Source: Neoconidiobolus thromboides FSU 785 | Lineage: Eukaryota; Fungi; Entomophthoromycota | Direction of reading: 5' to 3' | DNA: 64,000 bases | Assembly: GCA_025603075.1 (NCBI GenBank) | Contig: MU626262.1 | Coordinates: forward strand, 62,001-126,000 | Part shown: one piece after another, positions 13,301-25,684 of the stretch | Position numbering within the stretch: the stretch's first letter is position 1 | Layout of the letters: each line of letters begins with the position of its first letter | The notes under the pieces: model-generated | The model's database searches: none | Told to the model about the DNA's origin: nothing | The model's input: the letters and a program-made list of their open reading frames with translations, nothing else | Position numbers and translations under genes: made by a program

Positions 13301-15085
13301 ATTTTTATTATTTTTATCATTATTAATAATATAAAAATGGTGTTGATTTTTTTCTACATGAATTAAGATTTGATCTCCGGTTTTAATGTTTAATTGTTTC
13401 CATTCTTGTTGTAATTCAATTTCAATTAATCCTTCTTTACTATTTTGTTTTCCAAATATAATTTTACTATCCTTATTAATTAAATTATAATATTCTGTTA
13501 CAATCAAGTCCAGTTTAATAAATTCTATATTTTAGAAAATAAATTAAAATAGTCAGATTACTTTTATAATATTAAACTTTACCTTTCCTTCTCTCAACTT
13601 TTAGCTTTTTATTAACTTGATCATCTAACTTAATTTATTAGTTTAAAAAGTAATAAAGTATACAGTAATAAAATAATCTACTTTACCTTGTTTATTATCA
13701 TTATTATCATTAGTATTACTATTACTATTGATAGGAGGATCAAACTTGCTAATATTAGCTAAAAAAGCTTCATCTTCCGATGAAGAATCCAACAAAAAAG
13801 TAGTATTTATTGATTGCGTGTTATTAGCACTGTTAATTTTATTATTGTTTGCATCATTGTTATTGATCGAGAAACTGTTATTAACCAATGAAGTATTGTT
13901 AATACTATTGATCATATTATTATTAACTGTATTGTTAATAAGGTTATTATTCATATTATTATTACTTAATCCACTCCTATTCAGTCTACCATTGTTCACC
14001 ATACTATTCTCACCACCATTCCTCCTAATATTATTATTTGTGCTATTGTTGGTAACACTATTGCTCTTACTTTTAAGAATCTTATTATCATTTAAATCAC
14101 ACTTCAATAAATTTGTTCTATTAATGTTATTGTCACTTTCTTTATTTTGAATAAAACTACCAATTGTTGAATTTTTATTTTTATTCATTATAATATCGTT
14201 ATCTACTTGAGATAAAAAAATAGTAAGTGCATCATCATCTGAAGATAGTAAATCATCACTCCCAATAGTAATATTATTTATACTTGTATTATTATTACTA
14301 TTTTCATTATTTATACTACTCCCAATACTATTCCTATTATTAACATTATATCCCCTATTAATACTATTCTTATTACTAATACTAGTTACATTATTAACAC
14401 TACTTCTATTATGTTTGCTATTCACACTACTAATACTATCTCTATCACCAATACTATACTCTCTATTAATACTAATCTTATTTCCGTCTCTCTCTTTTTC
14501 CTTGATAATTTTGACTGTACTTAATTCCAACCTAACTTTTTCTGTTAAACTTTGTTTTCTAATTAGTTCTTCACTTTTCCTTTCATTGTCTTTTTCATCT
14601 TTACTATTTTTACCATTATAGCTATCAACTTGAGTTAGCCAGTTAGTAGTGGCATCGTCATCTGAAGAGATACAAAAGAATTCTTCACTTAACTCAATAT
14701 TATTTTTATTTCTATTCAAATTGATTTTACTATTTTTTAGTTCATTAATATTTAATTGATATAATAATTCATCTTCGTCTAATTTATTCATTGGTTTTAA
14801 ATATTGGATTTTATTAGTGACCTTATTTTCATTCTCTTTATTATTATATTCAATATTATCAATAGTACTATTATCATTATCTATAGTATCAATATTAATA
14901 TCATTATTTCCTATATTATTTATCTGTTTACAATTACTTAAGACACTTTCCTTTAATAGTTTCTCTAGCAACGATGCTTCCATCTCTTTTAAATCTTGTG
15001 TAATTGAATCGAACTTTGGTAATAATCCATTTTGATTATTATTAATTGGAGTGGAATTGTTTCGATTAAATTCATTGAATTCCAT
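10337..15085 (-). CDS. DNA2: DNA replication helicase/nuclease Dna2; join(15085..13687,13624..13583,13524..10337)
   Basis: Fe-S cysteines (CSRR; CQNCSLNQTC), nuclease motifs (LKGKVDI, IEFKTGK, HQAQLLLY), SF1 helicase motifs (GMPGTGKS, DEATQ, GDPYQLPP, TIDKVQGLEFD, RRINVALTRAKKKL). Two GT-AG introns join the Asn-rich N-terminal ORF in frame (4629 nt). Confidence 0.93.
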
Positions 15086-15242
15086 ATTATATTTTCGATT
15101 TCGATTAATTTTTAATAATTCCTTTTTATTTAAAATTGGTTTAGGTAAGTAAATATCCTCTTTGTTCTCGATTGGTGGAGATATCTAATTTGATTTATAA
15201 TAAATATTAGATTAAAGAAAGAATACATGTTGAATTCAAAAT

Positions 15243-15872
15243 TCAATAAAAATAATCTACCTTGACTCTTTTATTTCCTGTGGTTCCTCTTTTTTCTTCC
15301 TTGCTTTGACTATTTCTACACTTCTTTTTATCCAGTAGTAAATGATTATTAGCCTTCAATTTAGTCCCTAATAAAATAGCTTTCTTTACTGTTCGTTGAA
15401 TAGATTGTTTAGTTTCTAAAAATAAAACTTGATTAATATTCTCATCAATAAAAATTATATATCTACATTTGATAAAAGATAAACAACTCCTTAAATTAGC
15501 TCTTTTATTTGTTTCACTTTATTCAAAATATCTGAACATTAAAAGACTTACTTTCTGTAACTTCTAATCTCGTCCTTTCACTTTTATATTTCCTTTTATC
15601 TCTTTTCCAATAAATATTATTTAAACTATCTTCTTTTAATGCTTCAGGTGATTCGTATTCTAAAATTGTATTTTTCATACAATCCGATTTTTTCTTCGGT
15701 TGATTGTTGTTTATTGCTGTTATTACTTGATTTGAAGTTGTGGTAGTATAATTATCTTCGGGTGAAGAATCTGAATAAAAGTAATAAAGTAGCTTAGTTA
15801 TTGAAATCAAAAAGAGGATAAGCAAAACTTACTTATTTCTATTAATTCTATTGAATGGCTTTTCAGAGTCAT
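15243..15872 (-). CDS. Hypothetical spliced protein or gene remnant
   Basis: Open segments 15872..15830, 15770..15523 and about 15510..15243. A GTAAGT donor and CAG acceptor join the first two in frame. No recognisable motif. Confidence 0.25.
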
Positions 15873-16732
15873 TTTTGAGTGATCTTTTCGCTAAAAGGAT
15901 ATTAAATTAGTTTCTAATTCAGTTCAAATTTATAGTCAATCAAAATAAATTGAAATCCTTTTGAGTTCAATACAAATAAGATGTTATTTTTTATTTCATT
16001 AAAGGTTATGTGATGACACTTAGATTATTAACTTACTTTATTGATTTTTTTCATACTTTAATACCTTGTTTGTTAATAAAAAGATCAAAAGTTAAAAATT
16101 TTGAAAATTCAAATTATCACTTACAATTCAACCTTCTTTAATTGGTTGAAATGATATCTACTTTCTAAAAAATATCCAACATTTATATTTTACTAGTTGA
16201 AAGCCGCCACAAGAAAAAAACATCAAATTTACTTAATTTAGCAACATCAATAAAGTTAATTAGAATATTAAAATAATAAATTAACATAATAATGAAATAA
16301 AGTGGAATTTAATACAAACAAAAATTTAAATCTAAAATAAAAATTCCTAAGAATTTAAAATCCATTTTTATCTTAAAGTAAAATAGATAGATTTTGTTAT
16401 TGATATTCTATAATTTCTTATTACTCTTTAGAATTATATTGTATTATTTATATTATGTTAACTTGATAAAGCATAAAGACAAAATAACTACTTGAAAGTA
16501 GCTACACAGCCATTTTTCGGCTACATTATTACTGCTGTGACTTTCACATCTATTTCAATTATCTTCAATTATCAATTTACCTAGTTCATTATTAATATAC
16601 ACCAATCAATCTTTTTTAATAGTCAGCCAATCAATTTCATATTATTTTGTAACCTATTCAATTTCATCAATTTCAGCTTTTACTACTTTATTTTATTCTA
16701 TTATATTTTAACCCATTCAAAACCTCGTTAAT

Positions 16733-16942
16733 ATGTCTCAATTTTGTAAATGTAGTTTAGATACCTTAAATAAAATCATCGAGTTGCCCATTGACAAAGT
16801 GTGTTCTGATTGTTTAACTTTATGTTTGGAATTAGAAGAGTTTAGTAAAGTTGGGGAGGATGTACAGAAGAATAAATTAAAGACGAATTGTTTTCGTAAG
16901 TATTTATTTCTATATTTCTTTTTTATTATTATGAAAAGATAG
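16733..16942 (+). CDS. Small hypothetical protein (probably spliced)
   Basis: ATG-initiated ORF with non-random composition and a GTAAGT donor near 16896. No motif recognised. Confidence 0.25.
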   Translation: MSQFCKCSLDTLNKIIELPIDKVCSDCLTLCLELEEFSKVGEDVQKNKLKTNCFRKYLFLYFFFIIMKR

Positions 16943-17759
16943 ATTATTGATAGAAAAGAGATTTTTTTTAAAGATAGTAGATTGAATTTATAATAATTTT
17001 TTAGAAAGAGACTCAATAAAAGATAAAATTATGGTTTATTTGTTTTTAATAGTTACCACGCTATTGTTATTGACTGCTTTTTTTAAACCCCATTTAAAAA
17101 AGTGGTGGAAGGTAATTTAATTATATGTTCTACTTAGTTAAGTTATTGATATTTTTTCTTTTTTATATAGTCTCGTAATAGAACTTCCACTTTTTCTACG
17201 TTAGAACATTGAGTATTACTTTATAGTGTTATATTTTATTTAATAAGTAAATGAGATTTTTTGATAATTTTTTTACTTTGAATATTAGGATGATGAATTT
17301 GATATGATGATTTTCGATAATGATATTATTGAAATAAGCGGGTTTCTTTACTATTATTAGAGTTTTTTTATACACGAAATTAAAGTATTTAAAGAAAGTA
17401 TTTGATATTGATTTACCTATTTATTTAAGTTCTATTTTATATCAATAGTAGAAATTTATAGTTTATAAACAAATTTCTATTGCTATACTGACAAAACTAT
17501 TTTTGTTTATTTATTTTACATATACTAGAAACAAAAATTTGATACTATTTTGTAAAAATTGTTATTCATATCAGTTTTATTTTATAATGTTCGTATAATT
17601 GAAATCATACAAAAAATTATTTCTTAACCAAAAAGGATAAGCATTCCAATATCTTACATTTTATTGGCTCCTCGCTCATTTCAAAAAACCAATAATCCAA
17701 ATTGACTCCAATTCAGATCATCTTTAACCTAGATAAGATAACCAAATAAATTTCTCCAA

Positions 17760-18376
17760 ATGTCAGCAGGTAACCACCCCCAAGGCGCATCCGCGTATGA
17801 TTTCCGTATTGAAGGAAAACATATTGAAACTAGTGAGATGCCTTCAAATATCCCTAAAGTTACTGAAGTAGGTGCCTCTTCCGCTCCACTTACTTCAGCT
17901 TCTTATTTTTTACATGCTCATTGTAAAAATTATTATGACGATTTTATGTTGTGTAAAAATGAAAATAATGACCCAGCCCATTGTTTAAAAGAAGGAAGAA
18001 AAGTTACTAGATGTTCTGTGGATTTGTAAGTTTTTTTTATAATAGAAAAATGGAAAGAAATGAGAATGAAGTGGGTTAAATAGGATATGATTTAATGAAT
18101 CGGTTTTAGATTAGAAAAATTACAAAAAAATTGTGAAAGTGAATTCAGTGACCATTGGAAATGCTTAGATAATAATAATTTTGAATATCGATTCTGTCGT
18201 CAACCAGAGCAAAAATTCAATGCATGTGTATTTAAGAAATTAGTAAGTTGATTAATGTTGGATAAATGAAATGGTATTAATTATTCTACTTTTTTTTCTA
18301 GGGTTATGAAAAAATTATTCCAGGTGCTCCAAAGGATGAAGTTCCAATTCATTTACGTAAAAATACTTTATTATAA
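17760..18376 (+). CDS. NDUFA8: NADH:ubiquinone oxidoreductase subunit NDUFA8 (20.8-kDa type); join(17760..18025,18110..18242,18302..18376)
   Basis: VGASSAPLTSASYF, twin CX9C pairs (C..DDFMLCK...DPAHCLKEGRKVTRC; C..EFSDHWKC...FRFCRQPEQKFNAC). Canonical introns keep the frame. Confidence 0.92.
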
Positions 18377-18513
18377 TTAAGGTTAGAAACTCAATTCAAA
18401 GTTATTTTTTATTTTATAAAAATATATAATAAAAAATGAAAATAAACGTAATAAATAAATAAAAAGTATGTTCTTATCTTATTTTGTTTCTTTTATTGTT
18501 AATATTCTAATCT

Positions 18514-19062
18514 CTACTTCTTTTTGATCTTGTTCTTTTTTTTATTGGTAGTAGGACTAGTAGTAGCAGGAGAGAATGGATTGGATTGAACGTTAAAAGG
18601 TCTCTTCAATTCATTAACTTCTGGATGATTTAAGAGATAAATTTTAACTAAAGGATTATTAAAAATATTTTTTAAAGGTAAAATACTTTGAATGAAGATA
18701 GGTTGTACATAACCCATACGATAATGAATCAACACAGAAATAGCCATAGAAATTAAACTAGTACGAACAAATTTTATCAACTCAGCTTTATCATATTCTT
18801 CATAAGTGGTAATAATGGTCACTGGAGCAGCATCAGAATAGGCCGGTGGGTTTTCATTATAACTTAATTCCTTTTGGTTACCTCTTTTTTGAATTTGAAG
18901 ATAACAATAGTATAATATACCATAAACTATACCATTGGCAGTAACATACATCAAACGAATACCATTTAATACACTTGGATTTTCAGCATCAAAAAATCTT
19001 AATACTTGGGTTAATACAATTACCAAGATAAAATTGAGTATCGCGTCTTTCCAGCCCGACAT
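18514..19062 (-). CDS. PHO88: Pho88/Snd3 family ER membrane protein
   Basis: TTYEEYD, IHYRMGYVQPIFIQSILPLKNIFNNPLVKIYL and LKRPF motifs typical of Pho88. Confidence 0.88.
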   Translation of the reverse strand: MSGWKDAILNFILVIVLTQVLRFFDAENPSVLNGIRLMYVTANGIVYGILYYCYLQIQKRGNQKELSYNENPPAYSDAAPVTIITTYEEYDKAELIKFVRTSLISMAISVLIHYRMGYVQPIFIQSILPLKNIFNNPLVKIYLLNHPEVNELKRPFNVQSNPFSPATTSPTTNKKKNKIKKK

Positions 19063-19361
19063 ATTGAAGTTTTATTTATTTTTTTACTTTAAAATGGGTT
19101 TTTATTTGGATATTTATGGTTTGACTATTTTTCGACTAAATAGAAATGGTTACTTTCTCAATTAACTTTGATTTTGGCCAATGATTTAATAACAGCACGA
19201 ATTTTTTAAAGATTGAGGTTTCAATATTTTTGCAATCTTTCAGTTTTTGTAAATTTGCATAAACTTACTTTAGCTCCCTAGAACTTTCTATTCCATTAAC
19301 AGTTTGAATCTGAATTTATATAAATAAGAAACACTAACAATTAAAATATAATTTTAATTAA

Positions 19362-20445
19362 ATGACTTATTTCAATAGTGATCCAAGTGATAATTTCAAT
19401 TCAAAGAACTCTTTTTATTTCAATAATGATAACATGAACAACAATTATAATAATAATGTAAATAGTAACTTTAATAATTTCAATAATATGTCAAATAATC
19501 ATTTTAATACCACTATAAACAATAAGTATAGTAATGATTTCAATAACCCAACACAATCCTATTACTTTAGTAATAATAATCTATGGAATAGCAATTCCCT
19601 TTCTAATAACACTAACACAATGAATACCTTCTCAAGTCTGGCTACTGTTACTCCTAGTTTATTAAGTCCGCCAATTTTTAGAAAACGAAGCCACGATGCT
19701 TTAATGGATATTGAACTTGATCTGAAGAAACTGAAACTTAATGATGGTCCGATATCTGTAAATCAAAGTAAGATAACCACACTTTATTTATGACTAGATT
19801 TATGATAACAACTTTAGGAACGGAAAATAATAACCTGATGAATAAAAATGGAGAAGACTTCCATCCATTGAGTGGAATTAAAAAAGTGGAAATTTTAGAT
19901 CCGGAATATTTCAAACTAGCAACTAAAATACCCGAAGTGGTTTTAAAAGATAAAAGTAAAGAAAGGGATTATAATGCCTTACAGATAATTCGATATGAAC
20001 CTAATTATATTAAAGAGTTTTTGGTAAGTCTTTTTTTAATATCAATCTAAATATATTTTTAATTCTTTTTATATAGCTAAGGTTTTTATATCCAGAGTTA
20101 TACTATGATATTGATAGTGATAATATGTATGATGAGCCTATAGTAGAAGAGATTGACGATGGTTATATGGCAGAAGAGATTGAGGATGATAGTATCGGCT
20201 TTGAGGAAGTTTGTTATAATAATGAAGCGAATTTTAACAGTTTTAATAATGCTAATTATAATTTAAATAATAGCTATAATAATATGAGCTATAATGAATA
20301 TAATAATTATAATAGTGTAAACTATAATGAGTATAATAATTGCGCTAACATCAACTATAACAACTATAATGGCATAAATTATAACAATTATAATAACCAC
20401 GATGCTACATACCAGGCTCATGATGACCATATGATGGAAGATTAA
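19362..20445 (+). CDS. Hypothetical Asn-rich protein, probably 3 exons
   Basis: Three consecutive ORFs (19362..19793, 19790..20050, 20125..20445) with GTAAG donors and TAG acceptors between them. The C-terminus is acidic with imperfect NYNEYNN repeats. Confidence 0.5.
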
Positions 20446-20519
20446 TTAATGTTTGAAAATAAAATTAATAAATTATTTAAAATATTTTATTTTTATTTAC
20501 TTATTTGGATATTAAAATT

Positions 20520-21878
20520 TTATTTTGAAAATTGAGTTTCAGTAACTCCAGAACCCATAGCAGAAGTTGAAGATAAACCACCAGTTGGTATAGCAAGTAA
20601 ATTATCAACATATTGAGCACCAGACCATTTTTGGTGAGAAAGTGTTTCTACACCATAATGGCGTTCTTTACGTTGAATGGTCTCAACATAAGCCAACATA
20701 CCACGGTTAGCAAAATCACGGGCAAAGAGGTCAATTGCAAGAGAATTAGCATGGAAACCAGCTAAAGTAATGAATTGCCATACATAACCTAAGCGACCTA
20801 AATCAGTAATAAAAGATTCAATTTGAGTATCATTCATGTTAGTGGCATCCCAGTTAAAGGATGGGGAGAGATTGTAAGAAAGCATAGCATTTGGATAAAC
20901 GGAATGGACACCTTGAGCAAACTCTTTAGCTTGGCTATAGATAGGAGCAGCTGATTCCATCCAAAGCATATCAGAATATGGTGCATAAGCAACGGAACGA
21001 GCAATAGCACATTTCACACCACCATTGAGACGGTAATATCCTTCTTTAGTTCTAGGAAGATCCCAATCCCAGAAGGTTTCAAAGCCCATGGATTTAGCTA
21101 ATTCACGTGCTTCATAGTAGCTAAGCTCTTGGGAACGGCAATTCCATTTGGAAAGGTTAGCTTCTACATTACTGCAATTAGTTTGACGGATTTTACGAGC
21201 AACAGCCTCAGTAAAGGTTACAAGGTCAGCCTCATCAAGCCATTGTTCTTGAATGGCATGAAGTTGCTGAGCTGTTTTACCAGCTTTAACAGCTTCTTCT
21301 AAAATAGTAACAAGAGGACGTAAGCAGTTGTTAGTAGTACCTAAAATAAATGGATGATCACGACGGTCAATATTACTGGTGAGAAGCTGAGCAGCTTCAG
21401 CATCAGTACGGGAAACAAGGATAGTTTCAGTATTCATAATATCAAATTGAGCACGGATAGCAATAAGACGAGAAATGTGTTCAGAAGTAGGAACTAAAAC
21501 TTTACCTCCCATATGACCACATTTCTTAGTACCAGCAGCTTGATCTTCAATATGGATACCAGCAGCACCTCGTTCAACGAACATTTTAGCAAGCTTCATG
21601 ACAGCGGTTAAACCACCATGACCTGAGTCAGCATCAGCAATGATTGGTCGTAAGAAATCAGTATATGGAACTGTCTTTCTTTGTTCTGAAGTTAAACCGA
21701 AACGCTCTTCACGTTGCTTTCTATCATGGAATAATTGAGCACGGAAAAGTTGATCTACTTTGTTTGGTACAGTATCCATTGGATAATCAGCAAGATCTGG
21801 TCCTGGTTCATTGGAGGTGGAAGCAGTAGAAGAGCATTGCCATCCAGAAACATAAATGGTTTCGTGATATTTGGCCAT
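20520..21878 (-). CDS. ICL1: Isocitrate lyase, copy B 3' part (5' end lost in gap)
   Basis: [56 protein letters not shown]. Ends GVTETQFSK*. Confidence 0.93.
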   Translation of the reverse strand: MAKYHETIYVSGWQCSSTASTSNEPGPDLADYPMDTVPNKVDQLFRAQLFHDRKQREERFGLTSEQRKTVPYTDFLRPIIADADSGHGGLTAVMKLAKMFVERGAAGIHIEDQAAGTKKCGHMGGKVLVPTSEHISRLIAIRAQFDIMNTETILVSRTDAEAAQLLTSNIDRRDHPFILGTTNNCLRPLVTILEEAVKAGKTAQQLHAIQEQWLDEADLVTFTEAVARKIRQTNCSNVEANLSKWNCRSQELSYYEARELAKSMGFETFWDWDLPRTKEGYYRLNGGVKCAIARSVAYAPYSDMLWMESAAPIYSQAKEFAQGVHSVYPNAMLSYNLSPSFNWDATNMNDTQIESFITDLGRLGYVWQFITLAGFHANSLAIDLFARDFANRGMLAYVETIQRKERHYGVETLSHQKWSGAQYVDNLLAIPTGGLSSTSAMGSGVTETQFSK

Positions 21879-21978
21879 NNNNNNNNNNNNNNNNNNNNNN
21901 NNNNNNNNNNNNNNNNNNNNNNNNNNNNNNNNNNNNNNNNNNNNNNNNNNNNNNNNNNNNNNNNNNNNNNNNNNNNNN
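21879..21978. other. Scaffold gap (100 N placeholder)
   Basis: Exactly 100 N. Confidence 1.
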
Positions 21979-22467
21979 TTTTTAGGCGCTATGGAATCCA
22001 TTTCAGGTTCTTTTTTAAATGGACTAAAGACCTTGTTACAAAACCAGCAATACTCAAACTACAAAATTAAAGTCATTGGTCATTCATTAGGTGGGGCTAT
22101 GGCTTCTTTGGCTATGTTAAAGATTAAGGATAAACTTAATTTACCATGGGATAAGTTAGAACTATATACTTATGGACAACCACGTACTGGAAATGTACAA
22201 TTTGCTGAATGGTTTGATGCTTTACCAATCACTGTTGCTAGATCTGTGAACTATAATGATCCCGTACCTAGACTGCCACCTCCATCCGTGTTTAACTACG
22301 CACATCATACTAATGAGCTGTTTATTAATGAATCATCGGCAAACTATTGCAATCCTTCAGTACTAGAAGACCCTACTTGCGCACTGAGTGTCCCTACCAA
22401 ATTACTTGATGCTAATTCTCATTTAACTTATTATAATGTTCCACTTGCAGCATCTAATGCATGTTGA
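21979..22467 (+). CDS. Class-3 lipase, subfamily B, 3' part (5' lost in gap)
   Basis: FLGAMES...GHSLGG...YTYGQPRTGN...DPVPRLPP...SHLTYY, ending in C*. Confidence 0.88.
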   Translation, partial: FLGAMESISGSFLNGLKTLLQNQQYSNYKIKVIGHSLGGAMASLAMLKIKDKLNLPWDKLELYTYGQPRTGNVQFAEWFDALPITVARSVNYNDPVPRLPPPSVFNYAHHTNELFINESSANYCNPSVLEDPTCALSVPTKLLDANSHLTYYNVPLAASNAC

Positions 22468-23218
22468 AATTACTAAAATCATAAATTACTTAATATTACT
22501 CCATTTAATAAAAAATACTGATTTGATGTCGATTAGTAGGATTTGTATTTTTAAAATTTGTGATCATAAAGTTTGTTTGTTATAATTACAGTAATTCTAA
22601 AAAACTCAAATTAGGTAGAAGAATAGTATAATTTTTGCTAATTTTCTAAAGTTTTTGTACAAACATTAAAATCATTTTTAACTCACTGTTTATGGACAAG
22701 CTTTGAAACCTTAAAATTTCAAAAAAAAAACCACTAGTTTGATTTAAGCTTAAAGTTGTAAAATTATGAGAATTTAAATTGGGAAGATGCAACCATTTTT
22801 ACTATATAACTGTTGCAACTTTATTGCAACCTAACCGATTAATCATTTAAGAATAAAATTGTACTGAAAGCATGCCGAAAACTAAAACCAGATTAATAGA
22901 AAACCAAACAAATAAAACTGGTTCTAAAGATTGCTACAAATTAGATTAAAGTAGAATTCCAGCAGCTGTATTTTTGTTTACAATTTTCCAAAAGCCTAAA
23001 AATTAAGTTTGTCCCAATAACTAAATTTTCGTTAAACTATTACCAACTGGTAACGATTTTATACGATAATTGCTATTATTATATAAAATTATTATTTACT
23101 AATAGTAAATTTAATGCTGAAAATTTAGTCACCAACATACTATTTTCAAAAATTTAAATTATATTAGATTGCTGGCTGTTGTAAATAGCAAGCACTTTAG
23201 GGAATAAAAATATCTCCT

Positions 23219-23316
23219 TATGTTTTTTTGACTTCATTATTTTTTCCATTTTTTAAGCACTATTTAAGCGGAAAATTCGTTAGTAAAATTCTTAAACACA
23301 AAAATACATCCCCATA
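23219..23316 (+). mobile_element. MITE copy (eroded left TIR)
   Basis: The core and right end AAAAATACATCCCCATAT match the family. Confidence 0.8.
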
Positions 23317-23536
23317 TAATTAGTCAAATTTAAAAAACTTGAAAAATTTCGATTTGAAGGATTTTTTTAATTAAATGTTTTATATTATTTTTATTAAATG
23401 TCTAATAGATATATAATATATAAATATATAGCTATTTGATTTTATTTTTCATTAAAATAAAAATAAAATACAAGCTTCTATGAATAAACTTAAAATATAA
23501 AGTTCTGAAAGTTTTAATATAATAAAAAGTACACTA

Positions 23537-24000
23537 TGTGAAATCTGGTACTCGATGTTTGGAGTCAAGAACAGCTATTGCTGGGTTGACTACACTATAA
23601 GTCGAAAGGTCTTAGTTTATGTGACTAAGATAGGCTTGGATTATGAAGAATAGCACGTAATAGGTTACAAGCTATATAAGACAAATAGAATAGACAATAC
23701 TAATGTAAAATCTATGTAAAATACTATTAAGAAAACTTGGTGACTTTATTAAATGTTCGAGATATCAAAGGATAATTCAGTTAAAAAGCCTTGAACTGCT
23801 ATGTTTTAGAATCTATTTTATACTCCGATAAGTATAAATATCAAAATGAGAAGATAACATTCTTTGGGATGGAGCTAGAAATTCTCATATCAAATCAGAC
23901 TAAGAACGTGGGATTGATTTTCTCTGAGCTCGAGAACACAACAGCTTAGGCGATTGTTATGCTATAACTAACCATGGGACTGACAAAGCGGTGTTTCACA
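23537..24000 (+). mobile_element. Solo-LTR-like dispersed repeat, copy 2
   Basis: 5' TGTGAAA and 3' TTTCACA give TG..CA ends with a 7-bp terminal inverted repeat. About 464 bp, homologous to 5824..6287. Confidence 0.7.
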
Positions 24001-24004
24001 CCCC

Positions 24005-24136
24005 ATAGTTTATTACATGTTATTCTTCACAATTCAAGTCTATCTTAGTCACATAAATTAAGGCCTTTCGACTTACAGCATAATCAATTAGGCAATAGCT
24101 GTTTTTGACTCCAGTCAATAAGTACTAGATTTCATG
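24005..24136 (-). repeat. Inverted partial copy of the first ~130 bp of the LTR-like repeat
   Basis: The reverse complement reads catgaaatctagtact...ggagtcaaaaacagctattg...aagtcgaaaggccttaatttatgtgactaagatag, matching 23537..23665. Confidence 0.8.
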
Positions 24137-24482
24137 AAACAAAGCTAAAAAAAGTAACTTAAGATTATCAGCTAATTTTAATAATTAATGATAAAAAACA
24201 CTATGAATTTTTAAATAATTAGGTAAAATAACTCAAAAAACAACTAGATTAATTTATTCTACTACTTTATATAATTTCATATATATTTTGCCAAATCTAA
24301 CTAATTACTAGCAATATTTTTGACATTTAAAAATATTATCTTAATAATGAATTTTGGTTTTGACTTATATAATTTTATTGTTACAAATAGCTTTATACTT
24401 TTTTCAAACCTGTTCTAAATTTTATTTTAATATAAATAGCAATAATTTTTTCAACTTCAATTAAATTAGAACTTAAAAATTA

Positions 24483-24585
24483 TACGGGGGTGTTTTTTTA
24501 GCTTCATTATTTTTTCCATCTTTTGAGCACTATTTGAGCGGAAAAATTGCTAGTAAAATCCTAAACATAAAAATACATCCCCATA
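24483..24585 (+). mobile_element. MITE copy
   Basis: ATACGGGGGTGTTTTTTT...AAAAATACATCCCCATAT. Confidence 0.88.
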
Positions 24586-25684
24586 TCTTAACTAGTACAA
24601 GCTTTAAGTAAAATCATTTAAATAAAATTATAATGAAAGTTGTTATATGCAAATTAAATAAAAAGTTATAATAAAACTCAGCCTCTTCATATATAATTAT
24701 AACAAATTTAAATATAGGTTTTAATAACTTAGTTAATTTAATAATTTGTCTACTTGTTTGAGAGTAAAAAAGTAAAGGTTAATAATTTTACAAAATCTTT
24801 CAAAAATCCTGATGTAAATAATCAATTTTTATTATTGACTATGTATTTTAAAATTTCATGATTTTGTATACATTGTTGAAAAAAAACAGCAAATTATTTA
24901 GCTTTAGTACCTTTATTATATGATATAAAAACGTGTATTTTATAAATTAATCTATAATAGCCTAAAAATAGTTGAAACTTTAAAAACCAAAGAGATAAGT
25001 ACTAAAGTTTCTTATAATACTTTAAGAAAGTCTAGTAAGCACTTCAAGGAGCTGTAATGAACTTTTATCTAGATGACTTTAAGGTTTGTTTTGATAAATT
25101 CTAAAACATCTCATACATTTTTTTACAGATTTTCTGGAAATCGAAAGTTCCTTGATTACGTTTCTGGGATTCTCTTTCTACTAGCCTATAGGTTTAAAGC
25201 ATTTAATATTCAAAACAATTAAGAAGGTATAAGTTCTATTAATAACAGAAAAATCAACTCATATCCTACTAGAATTGGTCAAATACTTAATTCAATTTTT
25301 TTAAAAATCTAAGTAACATCAAATAAAACTTTTAGTTAACAAGGTTATTTTATTAATTTTTACTAGATTGAATTGCATATAATAAAATTTGATGTTTACC
25401 ATTTTTAGTATTGCACTTTCATGATAATTTTAGTTGATCATACTAATTAATACCACAAATCTTAAATTTTAAATTATAAATGTTTATTTTTATCTCCTAA
25501 AGACAGTATATCCTCATATCCTATTTGAACAATAAGTTATTAAATTATCAATAGATCTATTCTGTGTTTAGAGAAATTGTAATAACTAATTGATTTTAAG
25601 GCTAAACTCAATCAACAATTCACAGAATTATATTAAAAATATTTATTACTAAAAATTCGTCTAAAAGCTTGGTGATTTATTAGT

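Noticed and set aside
10311-15035. Plus-strand ORFs over DNA2, and small antisense ORFs over ICL, lipases, PHO88 and the MIR gene
   Set aside because: Shadow ORFs from antisense reading of biased or low-complexity coding sequence, with no motifs.
20520-20540. Cryptic PTS1 at the ICL-B end (QFSK*)
   Set aside because: The codon after SK is TAA followed by AAT TTT, so readthrough would not produce a terminal SKL.
20520-22467. ORF-track entries spanning the N runs (20520..22001, 21735..22070, 21871..22467; also 60921..62090), suggesting ICL-lipase fusions
   Set aside because: Artefacts of translating across 100-N placeholders between opposite-strand genes.
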